Notes: generated by a model not told the origin, from the letters alone. Shown: positions 35,815-47,100, numbered from the stretch's first letter. The stretch: DNA of 64,000 nucleotides from an uncultured Pseudomonadales bacterium (GCA_964574595.1 CAZNOF010000007.1:11703-75702), one strand, 5' to 3'. Numbers and translations are program-made.

Positions 35815-36909
35815 CTAGGTCGTTATTTTTTCTAGGGCATCGGCATCTATGGCATCTTGTATTTCCATGGCAACTCTCTTTCCTACAGAGATGGCATCGC
35901 CAAATAAGTACTTACTATACGGTGTAGCGGCAATTCCGGGAGAACCTGGCATTCTTGGAGAAACATCGATTACCACAATCTCCTTTTTCTTTGCCCCTGC
36001 AGTCACAATTGATTGCAAAGCAAACGGGCCAATAATTCCGGGCGAATAGATTTCTTGAGAGGCTTTCACAAAACGCTCGGCCATAGCAAACGCCGGTTCT
36101 AATAATGATTCTAAAACCGTGACCGCTATATGCCCGGCCTCCTCATAGGAAATCGCGACCTTCTCTTGAACAGCTATTTGGTGTGCTGCTGGGAGCCGAA
36201 GCATGCCATCTAAATTAGTCTGCCGCCGCGTATCTGTCCCGAGCAACTCAAGCCGCTGATGGATGGGCGAGTAAAAAAAGTTAAAGTTCACTTGAGTTCC
36301 CAACACAAACTCTTCAATCACTGCCGTATCTAAAATCTGCTGCGTCATTTTTCCAGATTTGATCATCTCCCGACCCATTTTTTGAAACTCGTCAAAATCT
36401 TTGGCCAAGAAAAAAGCACGTTCAAATGAGCGTTCTTTTTCATTTGCTTTGACTAAACAAAGTCGGTCAATTTGCTTGGGATCAGAAAAATGTTTTGGAT
36501 ACGGGATACTGGCTTTATCAAGCAGATCATATTGATTTGGCTTAGCGCTCCGCTCTTCAATTTTCAGCAAATACTTATTGCCAAAAAAAGGAATTGGGAA
36601 CTGGTTCTCGATAGCCTGATAATTAAAATGGAGATACGCTTCAAATGAGCGGTTTGGAATCCAAATTGGATTGGATTTTTGTAACTGACTTATAACTGCA
36701 GGATGCAGCAACTCATCAAATCTATCTAAAAGCATGGAATCATCCACGCAGCCTACATTGCCGACTGTTTTGTAATACTTTGTGTACGTCTGTTCCCGAC
36801 CCTTCTCGGTCACTACCAACGTCTTAAAGCCAAGATCCTTGGCTCCTCGGCAAACGTCTAATGCCGAATGACTTCCCAAAGTAGCAATCGTAATTGGTGA
36901 GTCAGACAT
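35815..36909 (-). CDS. purP: PurP-like 5-formaminoimidazole-4-carboxamide ribonucleotide (FAICAR) synthetase, archaeal-type ATP-grasp, paralog 1
   Basis: The N-terminus ITIATLGSHSALDVCRGAKDLGF matches the remembered M. jannaschii PurP N-terminus (ITIATLGSHTSLHILKGAKLEGF). Conserved FFYSP and PG(I/M)IGPF(A/C)LQS segments. Size 364 aa. Confidence 0.7.
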   Translation of the reverse strand: MSDSPITIATLGSHSALDVCRGAKDLGFKTLVVTEKGREQTYTKYYKTVGNVGCVDDSMLLDRFDELLHPAVISQLQKSNPIWIPNRSFEAYLHFNYQAIENQFPIPFFGNKYLLKIEERSAKPNQYDLLDKASIPYPKHFSDPKQIDRLCLVKANEKERSFERAFFLAKDFDEFQKMGREMIKSGKMTQQILDTAVIEEFVLGTQVNFNFFYSPIHQRLELLGTDTRRQTNLDGMLRLPAAHQIAVQEKVAISYEEAGHIAVTVLESLLEPAFAMAERFVKASQEIYSPGIIGPFALQSIVTAGAKKKEIVVIDVSPRMPGSPGIAATPYSKYLFGDAISVGKRVAMEIQDAIDADALEKITT

Positions 36910-37920
36910 TTAGTTGAGTACCTCCGCCAAACGATCTTGAGCAATTGCTAGTTTAATCTCCCGGGCAATTCTTCTGCCGGTACTCATCGGCTCGTCATAG
37001 ATAAGTGAAGCATATGGAGAGCTATCAATGAACAAATTTGTTCCAGCCACAATTCTGCAAGATACTTCGACAGCGTAAAATTTCTGATCCTGAGTAATGA
37101 TCGTTTCTAAACAGAACGGTCCAAAGAGACCTTTTTTATCAATCAGCCTTTTACCACTTTCTATCAACCGATCAGCCATTGCATAGGCTTCAGGCATCAA
37201 CGACTCGCGGATAACTAAGGGACTATTACCGACCACTACAAAGGAAGGCACGATATCAATTTGCTCTTGGTGTTTAAGTGGTAATCTTCCTAATGAATCA
37301 ACATTTGACTCGTAGCGGCGGTCAATACTTAACAACTCATTCTGGCCAGTAAGTGGTGAGTAGAAAAAGTGCAAATACATTGGAACACCAATGATATATT
37401 CTTGAACAATAAAGTCCTTTGATGTAAACTTTTTTAATTTTTCCTGGAAGTCGGTTTGATTGTGTGCGATGAAGTAACCCACTCCTCCAGCCGCTCCATA
37501 TGACTTCACAATAACTGGTCGATCAATTACGTCTTTTTCTGTAAAAATTCGTGGAACATTAATGTGGGCATCTTTCAACCATTCATTCTGTTTTTCCCGA
37601 TCAGCTTCTAAGTCAAGCACTTTTTTGTTGCCAAAATATGGCGTGGTAATTTTTTTGTTTCCTTCAATACCGAGATATGCCACAAAGGAACCATGAGGCA
37701 CGAGAATCGAGTTGTATTTTTTTAACTCTGTTTCTGCCTGCTCAAATTGAGCAAATGAATCAATCACAATTTGGTGATCGATAAAAGGAAATCGTTTGTA
37801 AAAACCAGCACGACTCGGGGTTGTCACCACCACAGTTTCAAAACCTTCATCTCTGGCTCCCTTCAGAATTTGCAATGATGAGTGACTGCCAAGAGTGGCG
37901 ATAGAGTAGGGTTTTTTCAT
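36910..37920 (-). CDS. purP: PurP-like FAICAR synthetase, paralog 2. Start chosen at the ATG at 37920; the track's TTG at 37953 would overlap purF.
   Basis: YSIATLGSHSSLQILKGARDEGF, YFGNKK, HFFYSPL, LFGPFCLETI and GRRIAREIKLA closely parallel archaeal PurP. Tandem with paralog 1. Confidence 0.7.
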   Translation of the reverse strand: MKKPYSIATLGSHSSLQILKGARDEGFETVVVTTPSRAGFYKRFPFIDHQIVIDSFAQFEQAETELKKYNSILVPHGSFVAYLGIEGNKKITTPYFGNKKVLDLEADREKQNEWLKDAHINVPRIFTEKDVIDRPVIVKSYGAAGGVGYFIAHNQTDFQEKLKKFTSKDFIVQEYIIGVPMYLHFFYSPLTGQNELLSIDRRYESNVDSLGRLPLKHQEQIDIVPSFVVVGNSPLVIRESLMPEAYAMADRLIESGKRLIDKKGLFGPFCLETIITQDQKFYAVEVSCRIVAGTNLFIDSSPYASLIYDEPMSTGRRIAREIKLAIAQDRLAEVLN

Positions 37921-37936
37921 ATATGAAAGAGAGTGC

Positions 37937-39474
37937 TTATGACTGTACCACAACTGAATTTTTTTGCTCTAAGTGAATATTGCCAACTCGATCAATTGGG
38001 TATCTTTTACCCAACATACAGCCCATACAAAATCCTTTTGCTTGAGCATTACCTGTTAATGCCTCCAGTAAACCTTCAGCAGATAAGTAGGCTAACGAGT
38101 CAGCGCCAATTTCTGCCCTGACGCCTTCTAAATCGCCCTGATGCTGATAAACAATTAACTCCTGCTGTTTGCGCGTATTCACGCCTAAATGACAGGTTTT
38201 ATCAATTGGCGGACAAAGTATTCGAATATGAACGGCTTTGACTTGATACTTTTCTTTCAGTAGTCGGACCAGGCCAGTTGTTACATTGCCACGCACCAAC
38301 GAGTCATCTACCAATACCACTTTTTTACCTCGTAGCATCTCCACATCAAAATCGAAATGTGTCAGCACTTTTTGTAGGATAGAGTCAATTTGGGCGGACA
38401 TAAAAGTGCGCTTTTCCTCAGTAGGCGAATTGATATCAGTAATGGCTTGAGAGTAATCCAAGCCTAGTTCTTGAGCAAAGGCTTCACCACCTGGTATACC
38501 AGTTCCCGGAACCCCAACCACCAAATCCACATCTGCTTTAGTGAGTGGTGCTTCTCTAGCCAAGATACTGCCGCAACGGGCCCGAACTTCCGTTACTTTG
38601 AATGATTCATTCCCCTCTTCAGGAGTGATTCGCGGGTAATGAGCTCGGCTATTTCCGTCTTGAATGTAGACTGTTTCAAAAACACAAGTGGCCGTGCCCA
38701 TAGCTCGCTGTTGAAAAATCAGTTTAGCTCCATCCTCATCGATTCTTAAGATACTTCCTGGCATAACTTCCAAAAAATTCTCAACACCCATCTCCACTAA
38801 CGCACCTGTCTCAGATGCAGCCAACCAAATTCGCTGTTTCGTTTTTAAATCTGTCTTGTATCCATACCAAAGTGGCCGAACACCTAAAGGATCTCTCGCT
38901 AGGTAAAGGAAATTCTGGGTTCCAATAATTAAACTCCAAGCACCTTTTTTTTGAGGAATGGCGTGAATCAATCGTTGTTCCATCGTTGGGAAAAGAGAGT
39001 TCTTTAGCTCATCAACAAATTCTGCCGTATCACTTTTATTAGCCACGGAGTCAGTCATGATTTGAATAAACTGGCCATTGTGGGCAAGCACGAAGGGGGC
39101 GGGATCAATAACATTTCGAGCGACGAATGGTTGCACATTATCTGAAGAGTAACTTCCTGAAGTACCATATCGTGTTTGAAAGACCCAAGTTTTGGCTTTT
39201 TTACTCTTTAGCTTTTTGATTACTTCAATCGCAAAAACCTCATTTATCATCCCTTCACCTTTGTGTGTCAAAACTTTGCCTTGCGAAGTGATTGCACAGC
39301 AACCTGCTCCGTCATAGCCACGAGTCTGTAAATTTTGTAAACCAACCAGTCCGGTTTGGGAAAGTGCCGAATCCCTAGGAGCAAAAATCCCGACCACACC
39401 GCACTTATCTTGCAACGCCCCACGTTCTTCGGCCTGCAATCTGTTAAATGTACGTTTACGGTGAGTGGACTCCA
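37937..39474 (-). CDS. purF: amidophosphoribosyltransferase (class II glutamine amidotransferase plus PRTase domain)
   Basis: Catalytic Cys following a propeptide (..DKCGVVGIF). PRTase motif (VVLVDDSLVRGNVT). TAGGAAA ribosome-binding site upstream of the MESTHRK start at 39474. The longer ORF to 39568 is rejected. Confidence 0.9.
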
Positions 39475-39493
39475 TAGTGTTTCCTAGATCAAA

Positions 39494-39523
39494 TAAAAAA
39501 GAGGGTACAAAAATGGACCCTCT
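39494..39523 (-). terminator. Rho-independent terminator between pyrF and purF (AGAGGGT-10 nt loop-ACCCTCT, then a U-run on the minus strand)
   Basis: 7-bp stem at 39500-39506 and 39517-39523. Plus-strand A-run at 39494-39499 gives a U-tract on the minus-strand transcript downstream of pyrF. Confidence 0.55.
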
Positions 39524-39589
39524 CTGAGTCCTGAAGTACACTGTACGGAATGTCACAGGTCTTTTCAAGCAGGAAACAAATGCTTGAGC

Positions 39590-40390
39590 TTAACGAAACT
39601 GATTAATTTCATCTCGCAATTTCTTGGCTTCCATCGCTGGGTTTTCGGCAAAAATAATACCTCGGGCTGAGTTAATGATCATGCCCTGCTTGGAAGTGTT
39701 TAAACCGGCTGTACAAGCGTCTTCGACGCTTCCACCTTGCGCGCCAACTCCTGGTACGAGAAAGGTCATCTCGCCGGCCAATTTTCTGATGGCAGCCATT
39801 TCTTTAGGATACGTCGCCCCAACTACCAACATACAGTTTTGATTTTTGTTCCAATTCTTCACAATTGCTTCCGTGACTCTTTGCCAAAGCGGTTGTCCTT
39901 CAACGAGCAAATCTTGGAACTCGCCAGAGCCCGGGTTTGAAGTCCGACATAAGAAAATACAGACTTTATCAGTGCGATCCAAAAAAGGCTGCATGGCTTC
40001 TTGTCCCAGATACGAATGCAACGTCACCGAGTCAAAGCCATACCAATCAAATGCTGAGCGAACATAGGCGGTGTTGGTCGAACCAATATCTCCACGCTTG
40101 GCATCCAAAATCGTAAAAATATCCGGGTGATTCTCTTGTAAGTACTCCATCGTCATCTTCAACTCTTTGATACCTTGCTCACCTCTCATCTCGTAGTAGG
40201 CTGAGTTGGGTTTGTAGGATGAAACAAACTCGTGGGTCTGTTCAATGATCCACTTGTTGAACTCAAACTGAGGAAATTTTTCAGCTTGGAATTTTGCCGG
40301 CAACTTGCTGAGTTCTGAGTCGAGCCCGACACTTAGTAATGAGTTCACTTTTTCTTCTCTAGCATTGAGTTTTAGTTCGGCTGGTGACAT
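39590..40390 (-). CDS. pyrF: orotidine 5'-phosphate decarboxylase (type 2)
   Basis: OMPdecase long-form features (ILDAKRGDIGST, FLCRTSNPGS). 266 aa. Lies in the pyr operon. Confidence 0.85.
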   Translation of the reverse strand: MSPAELKLNAREEKVNSLLSVGLDSELSKLPAKFQAEKFPQFEFNKWIIEQTHEFVSSYKPNSAYYEMRGEQGIKELKMTMEYLQENHPDIFTILDAKRGDIGSTNTAYVRSAFDWYGFDSVTLHSYLGQEAMQPFLDRTDKVCIFLCRTSNPGSGEFQDLLVEGQPLWQRVTEAIVKNWNKNQNCMLVVGATYPKEMAAIRKLAGEMTFLVPGVGAQGGSVEDACTAGLNTSKQGMIINSARGIIFAENPAMEAKKLRDEINQFR

Positions 40391-40391
40391 A

Positions 40392-41021
40392 TTATTTTCC
40401 CCAACTGTATGGATCTTTCATCCAGTCTTGTATTGTCGCAATTTGCGACTGAGTGATTTTTTGTGCCTTCACTGCCTCTTCCAAGATCACTTTGAAAGTA
40501 GTTGCCATATGTAACTTTACATTGGCTTTTTCAAAAGCTGTAAAGACTTCTTGAAACTCGTAATTCGTAATACATAAACAATCGGTGACAATGGCACCTT
40601 CAGCTCTAAGAGATGCCACTCCAGCTAAACTAGAGCCACCGGTTGTGACGTGATCTTCAATTAGAAGGACCTTTTTACCTTTGACACTTCCTCCCTCAAC
40701 CATTTTCTTGGTGCCATGATCCTTGGCTTGTTTTCTGACGAACACAGATGGCTTCTTCAGGATAAATCCTAATGCTGCACTATGTGGAATCCCAGCAGTT
40801 TCAATTCCAGCAACCACATCAAAATCAATTTTATCTTTGCGAATTAAATAAGCTAATCCCTCGAGTACAGTATCCCAATTTTCCGGGTAAAAGGGCAACT
40901 TTCTGTTATCCACATAGACGGGCGAAATAATTCCTGATTTAAACGTAATTGGCTTTTCAAGAGAAAAACCAACGGCATTGATTTCAAGTAATGCTTGGGC
41001 CACTGATTGTTTGATATCCAT
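40392..41021 (-). CDS. pyrE: orotate phosphoribosyltransferase
   Basis: PRTase motif (KVLLIEDHVTTGGSS). OPRTase N-terminal region (FKSGIISPVYVDNR). Confidence 0.85.
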   Translation of the reverse strand: MDIKQSVAQALLEINAVGFSLEKPITFKSGIISPVYVDNRKLPFYPENWDTVLEGLAYLIRKDKIDFDVVAGIETAGIPHSAALGFILKKPSVFVRKQAKDHGTKKMVEGGSVKGKKVLLIEDHVTTGGSSLAGVASLRAEGAIVTDCLCITNYEFQEVFTAFEKANVKLHMATTFKVILEEAVKAQKITQSQIATIQDWMKDPYSWGK

Positions 41022-41040
41022 AGTAACCTTCCTTTTCTAT

Positions 41041-42108
41041 TTATAAATTTGCTTGATATATTTCTTCACCTAATTCAGGATTCCACATGGCTCCAGTGGC
41101 GCTCATGACTGCGTCAGCACCCACTTGGCGGTACTCCGCGAAGTCAGCAGCACTTAAGACACCACCAACACCGATAATTTCGTACTTCATATTTAGTTCT
41201 GTTCGTAAACGAGCCAATCGAGTTACCATGTCTAATCCTGCCCATTTGATTCCAGCTCCGCAGACCCCGCTTCTTGCTCGGCCAGCGCCAGGTAATGCCT
41301 GATTGCCATCTTTATCAACAATCGTAGCAGCAATGGTATTGATTGCTGAAAATGCCTGGACAACATTTCCCAGTTCACCCACAAATTGCTTGAGTCTCTG
41401 ATCATCCATAAAGGCAATTTTTAAGATTAATGGAATATCACCAATCTCGTCTTTGACTTTTTGAGCAATCACTTTTGTCCTTTGAATGTCAAAACACAGC
41501 AAATCTGCTTTGCCTTCATTTGGACAACTCAGATTCGCTTCCATGACTTTGACACCAGTCTCCTTCAGGAGCTTGGCGGTCAAAACAAAGTCGGCCACGT
41601 ACTTGTCAAAGTCGCCACTCCCATCACCAGTACCTTGAAAACTGCCAATTAATAACTGACCTTCGCCTGCTTCTTGGAGAGCTTTTCTGATATCTGCTTG
41701 CCAGATAGCTGGCGTTTTTGATGGCACCCCAAACGAGTTCGTAATGGAAAGTGGCTCGGTGTACTCCGTATTGGCGAAGACCTCATGACTGGCTTTTTCT
41801 AATGTTAAATCGCCATCAAAATGAGCTGCCAGAACATTTGGCCAGGGATGACAGGCATGTTCGTGAGAACGAACTGTTTTGTAGACACAGATATCAAATC
41901 CTTTTTTAAAGGCTGCCGTCGTAAAATTACTATTGAGTAATGGTCCAGCGGGAATGCCAAATGGCGTATAGACTGTTTGACCTAAGAACTTCGCCGATGG
42001 TTTCTTGACTCGTTTTACTTCTTTTGGCGCAACAAACGCACCAAATGGACCCTGATCATAATTCTCTTCGTATGACTTGGATGGATCGTAAAATGGGGTT
42101 TTTAACAT
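41041..42108 (-). CDS. pyrD: dihydroorotate dehydrogenase
   Basis: TIM-barrel DHODH motifs (EANLSCPN, IIGVGGV). Position in the pyr operon. Confidence 0.8.
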   Translation of the reverse strand: MLKTPFYDPSKSYEENYDQGPFGAFVAPKEVKRVKKPSAKFLGQTVYTPFGIPAGPLLNSNFTTAAFKKGFDICVYKTVRSHEHACHPWPNVLAAHFDGDLTLEKASHEVFANTEYTEPLSITNSFGVPSKTPAIWQADIRKALQEAGEGQLLIGSFQGTGDGSGDFDKYVADFVLTAKLLKETGVKVMEANLSCPNEGKADLLCFDIQRTKVIAQKVKDEIGDIPLILKIAFMDDQRLKQFVGELGNVVQAFSAINTIAATIVDKDGNQALPGAGRARSGVCGAGIKWAGLDMVTRLARLRTELNMKYEIIGVGGVLSAADFAEYRQVGADAVMSATGAMWNPELGEEIYQANL

Positions 42109-42122
42109 AGCTTCCTTGTGTA

Positions 42123-43160
42123 TTAAATAACCAGGTTTCCATTTTCAACTAAAACTGTTCCTCGCAGAACAACTGTCTCAACCACCCCGTACAATTCCCA
42201 GCCCTCAAAGGGTGACCAGCCGCATTTTGACTCATAGCCGTACTCACCAACTCTCCACATTTTATCTGGATCAATTTCAATGTAGGTTTTTTCTTGGACA
42301 GGAGTATTAAAAATACGCTGAGCATTATCATGCAAAACGGCTTGTATTTTTTCTAGAGGAAATTTGCCATCGTGAACAGCTTTAAACATCAGTCCTACTG
42401 CAGTTTCCAATCCCGGAACTCCGTACGGAGCGGGCTCTTTTTTCTTCTCTTCAATCGTATGAGGAGCATGGTCCGTTTCCACTAGATCGATCGTGCCATT
42501 TTTCAATCCCTCCCACAGAGCATCTTGATCAGCTTGAGTTCCTAAAGGCGGTTTCATCATTGCTAACCCACCTAGCTTCTGACGATCTTCTCCTGTCATA
42601 AATAAGTGATGTGGGCAGACTCCAGCCGTAATTTTTTGACCACCCTGCTTCGCTTCTGCCACCATTGCCACTTCCGAAGCTTGGGTAATATGACAGACGT
42701 GTAAACGTTGTCCATGTTCCGCTGCCTTAGAAATAGCCATTCTTAGCTGCTCACCTTCTGCGTGAACGAGAATTGGCTTGCCAACTGGCCAAGTCGCAAA
42801 AACTTTTTCCACTAAAACTGGGTTCTCCAGTAACATTTCCCCAGTCGTGTGATTACAGTACAGCTTGAGTCCATAGACTCGTGGGTTTGCTGCTGCATCA
42901 ACAAAGCTATCAGTATTGAGACCATTTGTTCCGTAATGAAATGAAATATCGCAGGCAGCCTTCTGAGCCAACGCGATCTTCTCTTCCAATCTCTCCAAGC
43001 TTATCGTGGGGGTAGGGTTATTCGGCATATCAATAATAAAAGTAAATCCACCTTTGACTGCCGCTCTGCTGCCCGTCAAGAAATCCTCTTTATGTGTCGC
43101 CCCCGGTTCTCGTAAGTGGACGTGTGGATCAATAAAGCCTGGCAATTTGAGAAGAGACAT
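42123..43160 (-). CDS. pyrC: dihydroorotase (amidohydrolase family, short form)
   Basis: Metal-binding DPHVHLREPG motif and later conserved His/Asp residues (LVETDHAPH). Operon context. Confidence 0.8.
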   Translation of the reverse strand: MSLLKLPGFIDPHVHLREPGATHKEDFLTGSRAAVKGGFTFIIDMPNNPTPTISLERLEEKIALAQKAACDISFHYGTNGLNTDSFVDAAANPRVYGLKLYCNHTTGEMLLENPVLVEKVFATWPVGKPILVHAEGEQLRMAISKAAEHGQRLHVCHITQASEVAMVAEAKQGGQKITAGVCPHHLFMTGEDRQKLGGLAMMKPPLGTQADQDALWEGLKNGTIDLVETDHAPHTIEEKKKEPAPYGVPGLETAVGLMFKAVHDGKFPLEKIQAVLHDNAQRIFNTPVQEKTYIEIDPDKMWRVGEYGYESKCGWSPFEGWELYGVVETVVLRGTVLVENGNLVI

Positions 43161-43165
43161 ATCAG

Positions 43166-44113
43166 CTATATTCCTTCCTTCAATAGAACGAGTGATAAGA
43201 GAGCCATTCTGACGTACATACCGTTTCGCATTTGTTCAGTAATGTAGACTGCTCGTTTGTCCAAATCGACATCCATGGTGATCTCACCAACGCGTGGTAA
43301 TGGATGCATAATAATGGCTGTTTTCTTCAATTTTTTAATGAGTGTCGGAGTAATAATATAATGATGTTTCAATTTCTCATATAAATCAAGATCGGTAAAT
43401 CGTTCTTTTTGTACTCTAGTCACGTACAAGACATCGGTGTCTTTGAGAACATCATCTAGCGTCTCACTTTCATGAATCGTGACGCCTCTAGAACGAAGTT
43501 TTTCTTGTAAGCCACTTGGTAAACGCAAAATGTCTGGCGAGACGTAGTTAATTTTGATCGATTTATATTGAGACAGGAGTTTTGATAACGAGTGGATGGT
43601 TCTACCATTCAAGAGATCTCCCACCATGGTTATCGTTAAACCTTCTGGCGAACTGAAATGATCACTGATCGTAAAAAAGTCTAACAGAGCTTGAGATGGA
43701 TGCTCCCCCACACCATCTCCAGCATTAATAACTGGCTTTTCTGAAAAGTCGGCGGCAATTCGAGCTGATCCTAAATCTGGATGACGGATGACAACTACAT
43801 CAGAATAACAGGCAAAAGTTCTGACAGTATCAGGCAAGGTTTCGCCTTTACTGACTGATGAGTAACTTACACCTTGCAAGGGAATAAAGCTGCCCCCTAA
43901 GCGCTGCATGGCAGCCACAAAGGAACCAAACGTTCTACTTGATGGCTCGTAAAAAAGGGCCGTCATCAGTTTCCCTTTTAAAATGTCTGTCGAGCCTTTT
44001 GACTCCACCAACTTTCTCATCTTCTTGCCATACTCTCTGACAAGCTGAAGATCTTCATGCGTGAACTGATCCGCAGTTAAAATGTCCTGTTGGAAAAAAT
44101 TATTTTTGAGCAT
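43166..44113 (-). CDS. pyrB: aspartate carbamoyltransferase catalytic subunit
   Basis: Carbamoyl-phosphate binding SSRT motif (FYEPSSRTFGSF) and an HPLP motif (IMHPLPR). Confidence 0.9.
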   Translation of the reverse strand: MLKNNFFQQDILTADQFTHEDLQLVREYGKKMRKLVESKGSTDILKGKLMTALFYEPSSRTFGSFVAAMQRLGGSFIPLQGVSYSSVSKGETLPDTVRTFACYSDVVVIRHPDLGSARIAADFSEKPVINAGDGVGEHPSQALLDFFTISDHFSSPEGLTITMVGDLLNGRTIHSLSKLLSQYKSIKINYVSPDILRLPSGLQEKLRSRGVTIHESETLDDVLKDTDVLYVTRVQKERFTDLDLYEKLKHHYIITPTLIKKLKKTAIIMHPLPRVGEITMDVDLDKRAVYITEQMRNGMYVRMALLSLVLLKEGI

Positions 44114-47100
44114 ACGCTCCTTTATTAATTGATAATTGTTCTACATACTCTCGCCAGGATTTAATTGCCAAATCAGGCAAACTATAACGGGTTACGGCCT
44201 CGACAAAATAGGCGGCATTGTCTGTTGAAGCAAAAATTGGAATCCCGAAATCCACTGCCATTCTTCTCATCATGTAGCCATCAGTATTACCATTTTTATT
44301 CTTCTTGGGAGTTGAATCTTTGTGGGATCGAGGCACCACGACTGCAAAGTCAATTTCGCGCTTGGTCATTAAGTCTACTGCATCTGGATGCTTCCCCTCC
44401 TGAATTTTACTTATCTCCGTGGCGGTGACTCTGTTTTCTTTTAAGAAAAGATATGTGCCTGAGGTAGCGTAAATTCGATAGCCTTCGTTCATTAATTTGC
44501 GGCAACTCTCTACAAAATTTAATTTATTTCTGGCACCACCTAAACTAACTAACACAGCCTTTTTTTGAGGGAGTTTAATATTTGTGGCTAATAACCCTTT
44601 TAAGTAGGCCTCATGAATATCTTTTCCAAATGCTGCTACTTCTCCTGTAGAACCCATCTCGACACGTAAAATAGGATCACTGCCACGTAGCTTCAGAAAT
44701 GAAAATTGTGGAACTTTAATCGCTTGGTACGGTATCTCTGTAATAATGTTTGGAGAAACCTTTTTCCCAAGAGCAATTTCCGTGGCTGCTTCAATAAAAT
44801 TTTGATTAAGTACTTTACTAACAAACGGCATGCTTCGAGAGGCTCGTAAATTACATTCGATAACAAACGCGGTGTCATCTTCAATTAAAAATTGAATGTT
44901 AAACGGACCTTGGACGTGCAACGCATCAACAATATCTTCGACAGATTTTTGAATTCGCTGCTTTATGCTGTCTGAAAGAGTGATTGATGGTAGAGATAAA
45001 GTAGAATCGCCAGAATGAACGCCCCCTGCTTCTAGATGTTCTGAAAGGGCGGATCTGACAACTTTGCCATTTTGAGCCACGCCATCGTAATCACATTCAC
45101 GGGCGTTATTCAGGAAGTAACTCATCACCAGGGGATGTTCTTTGAGATCTAACTCATTTCTGTCCATGTAACGTTCCAAGTCTTGCTCTGATTTGAGAAC
45201 GCTCATTGCTTTCCCTGACAGCACAAAGGATGGTCTAACGAGAATTGGATAGCCAATTTCTTTGGCCAGCGCTAAGGCTTTTTTGGTATTGTTTGCTTCA
45301 CACCAAGCAGGCTGAAATATTTTCAATCGATCAAGCAAAGCGCTGAACAGTTGTCTGTCCTCAGCACGCTGAATATCTTCAGCAGAAGTACCTAGAATTG
45401 GTACGTGATGGTCATACAATTTTTGAGCTAAATTATTGGGAATTTGGCCGCCGACGGACAAGATGAAAGGAGACTGTTCGATATCGTAAATATCCAAAAC
45501 TTGTTCCAAGCAGAGTGCCTCAAAATACAGATAATCCGAGTTGTCATAATCTGTGGAAACGGTTTCTGGATTACAGTTCACCATGATCGATTTGTAGCCA
45601 TTTTTCTTCAACGTTTGAATTGTATTCACTGCACACCAGTCGAATTCCACAGATGTACCAATAGAGTATGGCCCACCACCAATCACGATCACTTTTTTTT
45701 CTTTCGGATCAGCAACGTGATCAGATTCTGTGGCGGCATAAGTAAAGTATAGGTAATTGGTTTGGGCTGGGAACTCGCCTGCCATCGTGTCAATTCTTTT
45801 CACCACAGGCAAGATGCCTAATTTTTTACGCTTCACTCTCATTTGCTCTTCTGACTTTTCCATCAGATCAGCAATTTGTTTATCAGAGAAACCATTTCGC
45901 TTCGCAACTCTGAACAGTTCCGGAGACAAGTTTTTCGTTTTCTCAATTTCCTTATAAATCGAGATGATGTGCTGCAATTTTTCTAAGAACCAAGTATCTA
46001 TCTTGGTAATCTTTGCCACCGTTTTCACAGAAATACCAGCTCTCAGTGCTGAACAAATTGTCATTAAACGCATCGTGTTTGGAACTGATAACTTTTTTAA
46101 TAGAACGGCTTTGGTTTCTCGATTAAAATTTTTATCGATGACGCCTTGGTACCCATCATTTAACATTCGCGTGCCTTTTTGAATGGCTTCTTCGAAGGTT
46201 CGGCCGATAGCCATAACCTCGCCAACACTTTTCATCTCACTACCGATTTCTGTGACAGCGTGTGAGTATTTATCTAAGTCCCAGCGCGGAATCTTGACAA
46301 CCACATAATCTAAGGCTGGCTCAAAGAAAGCAGAGGTTTTTTGGGTAATAGAGTTTTTGAGTTCAGGTAATGTTTTCCCAAGTGCTAACTTGGCAGCCAC
46401 ATAGGCTAAAGGATAGCCAGTAGCTTTTGAGGCCAAGGCAGACGATCGGGATAAACGAGCATTTACTTCAATAATGCGGTAGTCACTAGTTTCCGGGTTC
46501 AAGGCGTACTGAATGTTGCACTCACCCACAATTTTAAGTTCACGGATTGTGTCCATGGCAACTTGGCGAAGTAAAAAATACTCATGGTTGTTCAACGTCT
46601 GAGACGGTGCGATCACAATTGATTCACCAGTGTGAATACCAACTGGGTCAAAGTTTTCCATATTACAGACGGTAATACAGTTATCAGCTTGGTCTCGAAC
46701 CACTTCGTACTCAATCTCTTTCCAACCCGCTAATGATTCTTCGACAATTACTTGGGGTGCTGTGGCGAATGCTTTCTTCAGCAACGCGCTTAGGATAGCC
46801 TCTGAGGAAGCCACACCTGACCCTGCACCTCCCAAGGCAAAACCTGTCCTCAACATGACCGGATAGTGAAGTTCTCTGGCATATGCCAACCCATCCTCAA
46901 GCGAAGTGACAATCCTCCCCCTTGCTGTTTTCAACCCAATCTTCCCGAGTCTTTCAGCAAATCGTTCTCTGTCCTCCGTATCGACGATTGCCTGTACTGG
47001 CGTACCTAATACTTGTACGTGATACTTTGCTAAAATTCCGGAATGATACAAATCCATGCCACAGTTCAATGCAGTCTGCCCCCCAAATGACAACAGAATG

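Noticed and set aside
37937-39568. Longer purF ORF starting at 39568
   Set aside because: The extension runs through the pyrF terminator hairpin. The internal ATG at 39474 has a TAGGAAA ribosome-binding site and gives an N-terminus appropriate for PurF.
44165-46182. Several 60-100-aa plus-strand ORFs (44165..44428, 45444..45752, 45757..45957, 45964..46182)
   Set aside because: All lie antisense within carB, whose 1086-aa product is unmistakable. These are shadow ORFs.
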